A stretch of DNA of 63,708 nt, counting the filler, from Folioceros fuciformis (lineage: Eukaryota): NCBI GenBank assembly GCA_049999805.1. It is 18 parts of 18 records of this genome, joined end to end, with 100 filler letters (N's around TTAATTAATTAA, not from the genome) between each part and the next. Parts side by side here need not be neighbours in the genome. Positions count along the whole stretch, not along the records: positions 47,260 to 60,363 come from JBNGIO010006905.1; positions 60,464 to 62,135 come from JBNGIO010006906.1; positions 62,236 to 63,708 come from JBNGIO010006911.1; 15 more parts are not named here. One strand, 5' to 3'. Made by a program: the position numbers and the translations under genes. Below the pieces are notes generated by a model, which ran no database searches, was not told the DNA's origin, and worked only from the letters and a program-made list of their open reading frames with translations. Shown piece after piece: positions 53,201 through 63,708 of this stretch (position 1 is its first letter; each line of letters opens with the position of its first letter).

Positions 53201-56200
53201 ATTGTTCCTTTTCGCCTTACGCAAACAATCCAAGCAGCTTTGGGTTTGACGGGGGTGGAAGGCACTTTTCGAGCAAGCTGTGAAGCAGTTCTGGAAGCCT
53301 TGCAAAGAAACAAAGAACTCATTTTGATGCTCTTGGAGGTGTTCGTATGGGACCCTCTGGTGGAATGGATGAGAGGTGATGGTCACGATGAGGCCACAAT
53401 TGGTGGAGAAGAACGGAAGGGGATGGAATTGGCTGTAAGTTTAAGTCTCTTTGCCTCGCGCGTCCAGGAAATCCGAGTTCCTCTGCAGGAGCATCATGAC
53501 CAGTTGCTTGCCACTCTTCCTGCTGCTGTGGACTCACTTCAGGCATTAGTAGAGGCGTCTGAGCACTTTGAGAAGGCAACCGCAAGTAGCTTACTGACAG
53601 AACAGAAAAAGTCCTCTGCTGCCAAAAATGAGGCTGCTGCGCGAGCTGTCATGAATGATGCGTCCTCAGTTCTAGATAAGGCTCGATTGACCTATGAGTC
53701 ACAAGCTGTGGAGTTCACGCTTGCTAAGACCCTCGTCACAGAAGCCGCCAAGGATTTTACACAGTGGATTGAGCACCAAGGTCGAGTCTTGGAGTCATTA
53801 CGCAGTGGTTCGGTGTCTGAAATGCAGGCCATAGGACAGCTTCCCAGTCCTGTTGAAGCATTATCACTCACAGCAGCAGTTCTTGCGGCCGGAGTTCCTC
53901 TGACAGTTGTGCCAGAGCCTGCACAAGTTCATTGCAAGGAGGTTGATAGGGAAGTGGCACAACTCACTGCTGCAAGACATGAGTATCTTCTGCATGCAGC
54001 CCGAGCACTTAGAGCCTACTCTCTGGCATTGCAGCGCCTTCTTCCACTGAACTATGTAGGAACTAGTCATGTGCATACTTGGGCTCAGATCCTGCAACGT
54101 TCTGTTAGACAGCTTTCACCAGATGTTCTTACTGCGGCTAAAAGACAAGCAGCTGACCTTATTGCTAGACGTTCTGGGGAACATGATGAAGCTGCACGGC
54201 ATAAATACGAGGCTGTACGCAGGCATGTTGAGAATCTCGTCGAGGAGTCAAAAATGTTGCGGGAGGCCCATGCTGAGATGGAGAAGTCTATTGATCCAGA
54301 TGCCGAGAAGAAGGCAAAGGATCGGTTGGTGGGGATTTTCACAAGACACCTTCACGGTGGTAGTCACTTGATGAAGAAGGAAGATGATGGCATTGACTTG
54401 AAGGACAAGGATCTGGAAAGTGAAGACAAAAAGCTGAAGCTGATTGTAGTACTGCAGGCTGCTGCAAGGACATTGTACACTGAGATTGCTGACGCGGTAT
54501 CAGAACTGTGTAATGCATCAGACCCTGCATTGAAATTAGGAAATAGTCAAGAGGATGAGAATGATCAGAAATGGTGTTTACCCATACTGCAGAACCTGAC
54601 AGAACGGTGTGTCCTTGTGTCTGAAATTTTGGATGAAATTCAGCGAAGCATTACTACTGACACTGAAAATCGATCTGTCTCTGCATGGAGTTCAGCCGCT
54701 CCTACATCTACAGAGTGGGCTGTGAGGTGCAGAGAGTGCATTGTAGGAGTGAAGGATCTTGTCAGCCAAATGGTTGCAGTGGTGCTTCCGGAGGCCATCA
54801 AAGCTGCACTATCAAATGACCCAGCAGTTCTGGAAGCCTTTGGTGCCCTTTCTGAAATCAGGGGGACTGTTGACTCAGCTCTGGAGAAAGTTTCGGAGAT
54901 TGAACGGCAAAGATCATCACTCGGTGAGTTGGAAAGGAGCTATCCGGCAAAGTTTGGTGAGATTTCCCAGCAACTAGCATCCCTGGAAGAAGCTGCAATG
55001 AGTGGTAGGGATCACCTCTCGTGGGAAGAGGCTGAAGAGCTTGCTAGTCAGGAAGAAGCTTGCCGTGCTATGCAAGATAAGTTACACAGAGCATGGGCCC
55101 AGCGGGGTGCACAAGCTAGTGCTTTGTCACGACAAGAAGCAGAAGTACAATCCTCTTTGATATCTGCAGAACAGCGATTTGATTCTCTGGTTGAGATTGA
55201 TAGAGATGCCGACTTGCACCTTATGCGAGGGAAAGTCCTGCTTGCAGCTTTTGCCAGGTTATTCTCTGGACTTGCAGGCCTGGATCAGGCACTGGGTGTC
55301 TATGAGCACGAGAGTTTGCAACAAAGAACGCGTGGTGGTCAATTGGACTTGATGAGGGGCTACATGCTTGAATCTGTCTGGAAGGCATCAACTATCCTAC
55401 AGGACAAAACATTTTTTGTATGGAAAGTTAGAGTGATGGACGCTTTACTCGAGAGTTGCATTCAAGATGCCTTACCATCGGCAGAGGTGGGTCTCACTAA
55501 TGACCAATTGCTCAGTGATCAGAGGAAAAGACGCGAGGAGCAGCTTCAAGGCTATTTGGACCAATATCTGAAGGAGAGAGTGTCTACTGTTCTTCTTGAC
55601 GGCCTGACAACTGGAAGACAATGGTTGGGGCCAAGCACCAGTGCTGAGGAGGATGAGGCTCATGTAATCGGAAAGGAAGCAGAGCCTGTGAAAAGAGCCT
55701 TGCGCCTGCTCCGAGAATATTGTGATATTCACGAAGCCGTTAGTGCGTCCAAAGCTGCTGCTGCGTCCATGAAGTTGCAACTACAGGATGTGACTCAAAG
55801 TTTGCAAAAAGCTCAGCTGGAAGCTGCCCAGTTGGAATGGCTGCATGAGGCTGCATTATCGCGATCCATTCCTCAAAGTCAGCTACTTGGCATGCCAGCC
55901 TCAGTGGCGGCAGATTCAACCTTACCTAATGTGGCATGGTGGAGTCGCCAACAAGTCCTTGGGAACCTTCGGTCCTCTATTGCTAATATCACACAAGCAA
56001 CAGAAGGTTTATTAGCATGCGATGTTCCAGGAAGCTCTGCTGAAGAACAACTAGATAGGGCTATGGCTTGGGCATGTGCTGGTTCTAGCAGTTCCACATC
56101 AAGTGGAAATACTTCAGTGAGGAATGTAGGTATTCCTCCAGAGTTCCATGAGCACCTTCGCCGAAGACGCCAGCTTTTATGGTCAGGTCAAGAGCAGGCT

Positions 56201-57595
56201 TCTGGCATTGTGAGGTTGTGTGAGGCTGTTGTGAACTTCGAGGAATCCAGAGACGGTTATCTCTTGACGACACCTGCTTCCAACAATGTTGATGAGAAAA
56301 CGGACTGGCAACAGGCATGCCAAAATCTGCTTTGTAGATTAGAAAATGTCTGCCTCTCTTTCACCAGATCTGATTTGCACTGCCAGGCATCCCTGAAAAG
56401 TAGAGAGGAGGCAGCTACTTTATTAACAAGTGCAGTGCAGGAATATAAACGAGCAGCCACAGAGGCAACCACTGCCACGCTGGAACTCCGGCGTACTAGC
56501 GAAGGACTTCAAGAATACATCGTCCACTCGGCAGCTGTGGTGAGTGCTTTTTGCCAGGTTTTATGTCACCACTCGGCGCTGTCAGTTGAAAGTGGCACCA
56601 TGCTTGAAGAGGTTTTAGCTATAACTGATGGAGCCGCGGGTGCCACAGAGGTGCATAGCCTGGCACAGGAAGCGTCAGCAGAGCATAGCCGGATGATGGT
56701 TGACCTGAATAAGGTTAGCGGACTGCTTCTGCCTGTGGAACCACTTCTGGCTGCCTGCTGTACAGCCATCACTAACAACAAGAGAGTAGGAGATGCCGAC
56801 ATTAAGGCAGATAGTCTGAACCTTTCATCGGTGCAGTCTTTTCGTCTGCGGGATGTTCTGCCTTCATGTGTGGGTATTGTGCCTGGTCTTCTTGACTCTG
56901 TGAGAAGACTGCACTCTACTCTCACTAAGTTGGCGCGTACTGCAAGTTCTGATGCTGGTGTGCTCCATAAAGCTTTGGAGGGGTTAGGTGAAAGCCAAGG
57001 GGTTAGATCTCAAGACATCGAGGCCCCAGGAGGCCTAGCCCATCCAGAAGTCCTATTCCCCAATGACCAAGCCGAGGGCACTGTTGAGCCATTGGTGGAG
57101 CTACGTGCAATGCATGGGGAGTCAGTCCTGGAAGAGGATCTTCTGTTGGATGATGATGAAGACAACTGGATCTCTCCTCCCGACAGTGACCAAACTGATG
57201 AATCAGCATACTTGTCCAACAGGACAACTTTGGATAATATCTCCCAGAACATGAAAGCCACAGGGGTACCCTCGACCAGTACTGCTGCTGAGAATCAAGA
57301 TGGGGAAGACGGGCGTCCGGGGATACAGTTGAAAGTGCAGAGGACAGCAAGTCCAGCTACTTACAGCAATGTGAACTCGTCGGCGTCTCTTCCGTCACCC
57401 CAAGTGGAACCTCAGAAAGAAAAAAATGCTTACGCCGTTTCTGTACTGAGACGTGTGCGAACAAAGCTGGAAGGTCGCGATATTGATGGCAGCAGGCATC
57501 TTCCTGTGTCAGAGCAAGTTGATCATCTGCTTCGTCAAGCCACAAGCATTGACAACTTGTGCAACATGTTTGAGGGATGGACTCCTTGGATTTGA
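47260..57595 (+). CDS. SMG1: SMG1 PIKK kinase (nonsense-mediated decay), 5' truncated, one uninterrupted 10.3-kb frame
   Basis: TKTKPKK, YLLKGREDLRLDARIMQ, LGLGDRHLDNIL, IHIDYNVCFDKG, PEIVPFRLT; a long insertion between kinase and FATC (SMG1 hallmark); FATC ...QATSIDNLCNMFEGWTPWI*. Confidence 0.97.
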
Positions 57596-59232
57596 TTTGC
57601 CACCTGCTGCTAGCACGGCTGGATAGACCCTCGGAGAAGAGTACAGATCTGGAACAGCGAAGAGGACAAGACGTGACCCACTCAAAGAATTGGAGGTATT
57701 GCTGACTTTGGGTCTTCTTGCAGTTGTATATGGAGTGCTGGATCATTGGACCACTGACATGTGTTTTGGCTTGGCCCAGGAGTGTGAAAGGACAATTGAA
57801 GTCCATAGTGACACGAAATTCCAAACTGTGCTTTCAAAGCTTATCTGGGCCAAATAAGGTGGTGGTCCCATGTTAAGCATGTGTCACTGCCCGCCCTTTT
57901 CGTGGATGTCTCATTTTCTGAAGTCATCTCTAGGTCTTCAATCACTTGTTTACGCAGTCAGGTCTTTCTGGGGTTGTGGTATGTCCTGCAAAGGCTGACA
58001 ACCGGTTGAAACTGTCAATCTGTTTTGGTAGACGGGCAACGCGGCTGGGGATCCACCCTAGGGCCGTGTTTGAGCTTGGGGAGGTACATCTGAGGTGGAA
58101 ACTGTTTCGATGTACGTAAGGGCTTGCTAGAATCCAGTATACGGTATACTTCGTACCAGTGCTAGGGACTGATGGTAGTAGCCGGGACTGTTGCTTGGTT
58201 CCCATGAAGCTACTCTTCGAAGAGGTTGACTCAAGAGAAAGCAATGGGTTCAACTTTGGCACAGAACGCTTGACGGTGTCCTCACTCACCATGGCGGTTG
58301 GAGAAGCAGAGAGCATGAACAGGATGATGCAAAGGTACACAAGAATCTTCTCCCATAGGTACAGATCATAACTTCTTTGGTCCACAGGCAAACGAATACA
58401 GGAGATGCTGCTGCAGACATTGAAAGTCTGGATGTAAGGAGATTTAACATGGAGAATTTGTGATGAAATAAACGAGGGAAACTTTGAAAAGCCAATGGAG
58501 GCTAGCCTTGTTATAAAACAAAACCGCCAATGCTCTCAGTCGGATAGGAGCGTCCGGTGTGTTGTTGGCTCTTGGCTTCTGCTGATTGTGACAATAATAT
58601 TACACGTACATGTGTGTGTGGTATATATGTTTGTCCAAACCTCTTGATAAACGATGTCGACAACGCCAAACCCAAAACACGCGACAAGGCCCCTTCACGT
58701 GCGAGCAGCCCTAATCCGGCTATGACAAGCCGTGAGCTACTGCTGCGTGCTGTCTGGTGTCACTTGAAGGTACAAGTTCCCACGCCATTGCAGAGGGGAA
58801 CATCCTATCCCAGCTTTTGGCTGGTCGGGAAGGGAAGATGAAGCGTACATCCTCACACTGGTGTACAGAACAATGTAAACCCCAGAAGACCCCAAACTTG
58901 GACTTGCTTCTTGGAACCAAGAACTCCCAGCTGTGTATGAATACAGCACGCTCTTCCCTACCCTCCCTGCACCTGGCAGCCAAGACCCATCGTCTGTTCA
59001 TCCACACTAGGCACCTGTGAGAGGACGTTCTTGCCAACCAGGAATCGAATCATGCATACAAAGGGAGGAGATGTGAGAAGATCGTATCAGAAGCAGTTCG
59101 ACGCACCAACAAACAGACAGTACAGTATGTAGCTAGAGACACTTGATAACTGACACGTGATGGAAGGCACTACAGGCACTGACCACACGTTCCTCATGCT
59201 AGCCAACCAGGCATGTGTAGATCATGGAGTGG

Positions 59233-59601
59233 TTAAGACCAGTATAGCTTTCCAGTGAGTGAGCTGAGGAGCTCGGGATACTGCACTCCCTGCATTTTGG
59301 TGACCTTGCCAATCACCCTTGTTAGAATGCTCACCACATCTTGGATTTGACAATGCTTTAATGATGGCTCTCATGAAAGCTATGGTGAAGTTTGTGCCTT
59401 CCTCAACATTTCTGAAGGATAAATCTCCAGGACTGGTGGAGAAGACGATGAGAAAATCTTTCGCATGATACAAGGGTCGAATTCTCTTGCTTGCAACTTG
59501 GCTTCCCTCAACGTTTGGCCCCTAGGCTTTGCTGGTAGTGACAAGGTTGGCGGGGCTCAACCCCTGTGCTTTCATGCTTATGTCTTTTTTATCCTTTAAA
59601 C
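59233..59601 (-). pseudogene. Decayed terminal exon encoding an animal-type caspase linker and small (p10) subunit
   Basis: After acceptor ccgtag (phase 1): (G)LKDKKD...KA*GPNVEGSQVASKRIRPLYHAKDFLIVFSTSPGDLSFRNVEEGTNFTIAFMRAI, a +1 shift near 59362, then LKHCQIQDVVSILTRVIGKVTKMQGVQYPELLSSLTGKLYWS*. In-frame TAG at 59522-59524. Confidence 0.75.
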
Positions 59602-59767
59602 CTACGGTTTGAAATTAATCATGACACAGGCAGAAAATATATTTTTTATCCTTGAAATCGGAAAAAAAAAGGGTTTATGAGAACAAAGAGTATGAATGGA
59701 CATTCCAAGAATTATGTGTGGACTTCCACATAGAGGAGCTCGGGATACTCTTCCACTCACCAAGATT

Positions 59768-59872
59768 GAGTGAGTCATACCTCGTGAGTTTGCAGGTCGT
59801 ATCATGCTTGGGAAATAGAGAGTGAGTCATACGTCGTGAGTTTGCAGGTGGTATCGTGCGTGGGAAATAGAG
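59768..59872. repeat. Two-copy 52-bp tandem repeat upstream of the caspase-like exon
   Basis: gagtgagtcatac.tcgtgagtttgcaggt.gtatc.tgc.tgggaaataga twice in tandem. Confidence 0.8.
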
Positions 59873-62836
59873 GTCCCGCAACAACAATTGCGTTTTTCTT
59901 ACTGCTCACCACAGAATAGCTTGTGGGGTTTGAGACAGCTCTCGAGCTTGAGACAGCTCTCCCATCCCGTAATGAAATCTGGTGCACACATCCACGGGAT
60001 GAAAGCTGTCCGCATTTCGTTCCCCACACTTTGGCGCATAGCTATTACCAATCCAGAGCAGTGACAGCAAACAAACGAGGTGGCACACCCTGCACCACAA
60101 ACGCAATCTGCGGGCATTTCGGCAGACATCAGACCGCACTTTCAGCAGTTGACTTGAAGTAGCGGGGCAACTTTCAGTTTTTTGGCATAAACGTGTTCAA
60201 GCCGTCCAGAACCGGGTTTAGGGTCGATTCAAGTGCCTCACCGAAACGATCCCGTTTCGTTCAACGCTCAAACCCGGTTTCGCGAGGCGAAGTCGGTACA
60301 CGACTGGCCGTATGTATTCAAGGGAGAACTCCGTAGGTATAGGAGAGAGGAGAGATGGAGAGCNNNNNNNNNNNNNNNNNNNNNNNNNNNNNNNNNNNNN
60401 NNNNNNNTTAATTAATTAANNNNNNNNNNNNNNNNNNNNNNNNNNNNNNNNNNNNNNNNNNNNTCGTAGAACTCGTACCCCAACTGCTCGCAGACCCGGC
60501 GCACAGCCTGTCATACCACGCCCTGCATTTCCTGAGCTCTGTCGTCCATTCAACCAGACCAACCCGGTGGCTACATTGTCCATTCTAGGCACTCTACTCC
60601 CCCGCCCACACCAACCTCGGCATACTTGGCAGCAGCCTCCCCCACGTAAGTCTGCCGCGTGCTGCTGTCCAGCACAATTGCACTCGCCTTCCTGGGCCGT
60701 GCGAACGCGTCCGCGGCTCCTGCCGCCACAGCCAGGGCAGCCCAGCTCATGCTCCAACTCCATCTCCAGCTCGGACCTGGCCCGGGCCTGTCCCCGTCCC
60801 CATCACCCCCTCCCCCGCCCGGGAAGAGGAAGGTGGGGCCGCAGCCTCCATCCCCGCCTGCCGGGAGCACGGGCATCGGATGCTGCTGCGCATTGCGGGC
60901 AATGCGGGGGTGGATCGGGACGGAGGGTCGTGGAGGCGGCAATGCAGCTCCCGGAGAGTGATGGGTTGGGCGATTGACGCCATTTGTGGGCGACAGCGGG
61001 AGCGCTGGGCAAGCCATGAGCGAGTGGAGGAGCTCACTGACCGGGCTGCCACCTTCACCTTTGACTCCACATTTGTAGCCTGCAGGCCCGGGCTCCGGGA
61101 AGCATGATTGCACTGCGCCACATTCTTCTCCTGCTTTTTGCACAGTGTTTCTGGTTTGCTCAGCTGTTTTTGCATCTGATCCTGGATTCCCTCGCATGTC
61201 CTCGGTGCTACCCTGTCCCATGTTTCGCTTCATTTGTAATAAGCTATGACGAAGTCATATCCTATCCTGGATATCCATCCATGGCAATATAGCAGGAAGA
61301 TTAGTCGTAAGGATATAAAAACCCAAACAAAACATTTTTCATTATTTAAATATGTCCCAATCAGCATGCCAAACTGATTCCTTCCTACTCCCATTCATAA
61401 GGAGGCGATGACTTATTTATTTTAGAAGAACTAGATGGAAAAATCATCTACCCCTTTCATAAATTCTTTCCAAATACAGCAGAAGCAAATCATAATATGT
61501 GCCCTGAAGCATAAATTTATATTTAGAGACATACCTTCCAAACGAGCATGTCATTATCATCAACCTTATGCTTTTTTTAGCATGCTAAGGAAATATCTCA
61601 TTACTTCAAAAGAATGCTCGACTACCTCTTACTGACTCTCATATAGTTGTCAACAATCCATTCGCAACTATCTAGACCAATTGTTTGTAAATTTAACTTC
61701 TAAAATAATTATTCACTAATAAATTATCTTTCTATCGTAACTTTTTATCTACTTGTTGTTTACTTGGGTTTAACGTGATGACTTTATCTTCCACCCACGC
61801 TCATTCCCCACTTGTTATTGGCTTGTATGAGATTTGTTTGCACAACAAGCTCAAACGGATGCAACTATAAACCCCATGACTTTCTAAGTCACAACAAGAT
61901 CTTACGTGGATAAACAAAGTTTAATATTTATTTATTTATGTATTCAATTTCACAAAACACATGTGTGCATTTCTCTCTATGGTGGTCAGATATCGTATGT
62001 GCATTAACTTTTGAAAGAGCAAATAACTTACTCAAGATGCAACGTATTAAATAAAAGTTATCAATTATTGAGATCATTTACAATCTTTACAATTGTCTAG
62101 CCTATGCTCTTGGCTAAAGTCTAGGTACTCAATCCNNNNNNNNNNNNNNNNNNNNNNNNNNNNNNNNNNNNNNNNNNNNTTAATTAATTAANNNNNNNNN
62201 NNNNNNNNNNNNNNNNNNNNNNNNNNNNNNNNNNNATGTTTAGCGATCCAATAGGGACATGCTTGCTACACTAATTTAGTTCTTGTTTCCTTATTTAATT
62301 AGTTTTTTAAATGTTAATTAAGTTATTCTATTTTGTGAAAGAAATAATATAATTATTGAAATAATTATATTAATTAATTCTAATTATTTATATTTAATTA
62401 CTATCAATAAAATATTAAAATGGATTGATTATAGTTAGGACCTGGTTTATTTGTGGTTCCTCGGCGGAAGGGGAGGGTTCCCAATGTCATTATGGGAAGG
62501 TTCCGATGTCATTTAGTGTTTTGATCTCCGGCCGGCTGTGGGCAGCTTCCGTAAGCTACGTCTTGTGTTTCGGATCCTGTTAGAGCATAGGAAAGTCTCG
62601 GTTGCGGCAGATGTACCAAGGAGTATCAATCTAATTATACTCAACCGAATTGATCTTGGGAAGTACGAAGGACAGGATGCTTAATCCGGTGTTGTTGTAA
62701 ACTTGCATCCGCTTGGACTAAGTGGTTAGGACTAACAGCTGCTGCTTCATAGCTCGCAGTGTCAGTAATACACGGAAGGGCGACACGTGGTGAAAGGCAG
62801 TGGGTGCAGTGTTAACAAGGTGGTGCAAGGAAGAAC

Positions 62837-63708
62837 ATGGTGCGAGCGAGGCGTGATGGAATGGCTCATCGGACTTCTGGCGAGGGTGGACAGGGCGAGG
62901 CATACTCGCTGGAGAAGTTCACACTGTACGAGACGCGAGCCAGGTTCTACCTAGTGGGGAGGGACAAGCAGCGGCAGCACTGGCGGGTGCTCAAGATCGA
63001 CCGCTCCGAGCCGGCGGAGCTCAACATCAGCGAGGACCCCGTCATATATACGCAACAGGAATGCCTAGCGCTGCTCAAGCGCGTTGCCGACGGCAACAAG
63101 GCTACCGGCGGGCTCGCCCTCGTCACCAAGGCCTACGGGATCGTGGGATTCGTGAAATTCATGGAGTCCTACTACATGATCCTGGTGACAAAGCGGCGGC
63201 AGGTGGGCTGCCTTTGCGGCCACGTCATCTATGGCATCGAGGAGAAGCAGCTCATCACCGTGCCGCATTCCACGGTGCAGACTGACCTGGCGCACTCCAA
63301 GACAGAGCAGCGCTACAAGAAGCTGCTCTCCGGGGTGGACCTCACCAAGGACTTCTTCTTCAGCTACACTTACAGGATTATGCACTGCCTGCAGAGGAAC
63401 GTGCAGGAGCAGCAGCCGGTTTACGATAACATGTTTGTGTGGAACGCCTTCCTCACCCGAGAGATTCGGGAGCGTCTCAACAACACGCGCTGGATCGTGG
63501 CGCTGGTGCACGGCTCCTTCGAGCAGCAAAAGCTCTCCCTTTTTGGCCGCATTTTTGTCATCACGCTCATCGCGCGCCGATCCCGGCACTTCGCCGGCAC
63601 CAGGTATCTCAAGCGCGGAGTGAATGACAACGGCCGGGTGGCTAACGATGTTGAGACGGAACAGATTGTGCTGGATGAGGAGTCAGAGCTCATCTCGCCA
63701 ATCGGCCA
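62837..63708 (+). CDS. SAC-domain phosphoinositide phosphatase (plant SAC1-5/FIG4 clade), runs off the window, intronless so far
   Basis: LEKFTLYETRARFYLVG...VLKIDRSEP, YGIVGFVKF, VDLTKDFFFSYTY, FVWNAFLT, LIARRSRHFAGTRYLKRGVNDNGRVANDVETEQIV. Absent from the ORF track because no stop lies in the window. Confidence 0.95.
   Translation, partial: MVRARRDGMAHRTSGEGGQGEAYSLEKFTLYETRARFYLVGRDKQRQHWRVLKIDRSEPAELNISEDPVIYTQQECLALLKRVADGNKATGGLALVTKAYGIVGFVKFMESYYMILVTKRRQVGCLCGHVIYGIEEKQLITVPHSTVQTDLAHSKTEQRYKKLLSGVDLTKDFFFSYTYRIMHCLQRNVQEQQPVYDNMFVWNAFLTREIRERLNNTRWIVALVHGSFEQQKLSLFGRIFVITLIARRSRHFAGTRYLKRGVNDNGRVANDVETEQIVLDEESELISPIG

Noticed and set aside
8461-62235. Recurring TTAATTAATTAA palindrome as a biological repeat or CRISPR-like array
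   Set aside because: It is always centred in exactly 100-bp N blocks, so it is an assembly spacer. CPSF73-I splices correctly across one, so at least that join is real.
1-63708. Prokaryotic defence systems, CRISPR arrays, rRNA or tRNA genes
   Set aside because: The sequence is spliced eukaryotic DNA; no repeat-spacer array or structural RNA gene was recognised by eye.

Overview
Eukaryotic nuclear DNA, not prokaryotic: a gene-dense scaffold from a seed-free land plant with flagellated sperm. This is inferred from plant-type PMT, GALS, CYP and SAC genes, a flagellar CFAP251 gene and mostly ~80-130 bp introns; the exact lineage cannot be fixed from the sequence. It is broken by 17 artificial 100-bp spacers (N44-TTAATTAATTAA-N44). 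Recognisable genes: CFAP251/WDR66, a NAPE-PLD-like lipase, an NHL/LEA2 fragment, PMT methyltransferase, an alpha/beta hydrolase, a PHD protein, SF3A2, uricase, CPSF73-I, CBP20 (with an AT-AC U12 intron), a tandem GALS/GT92 pair, a RING-H2 gene, SMG1 and a SAC/FIG4 phosphatase. There are also CYP450 and TFIIF-beta pseudogenes and a LINE RT fragment. The most striking observation is a decayed exon at 59233-59601 (minus strand), on the same ungapped contig as SMG1. It translates to a near-colinear animal-type caspase small subunit, including the Asp-specificity Arg, although plants are thought to have only metacaspases. Also notable are an intron-rich NAPE-PLD, several normally intron-rich genes that are intronless here, and a 105-bp head-to-head uricase/CPSF73 spacer. 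All calls were made by manual translation and recalled family motifs; no searches were run.
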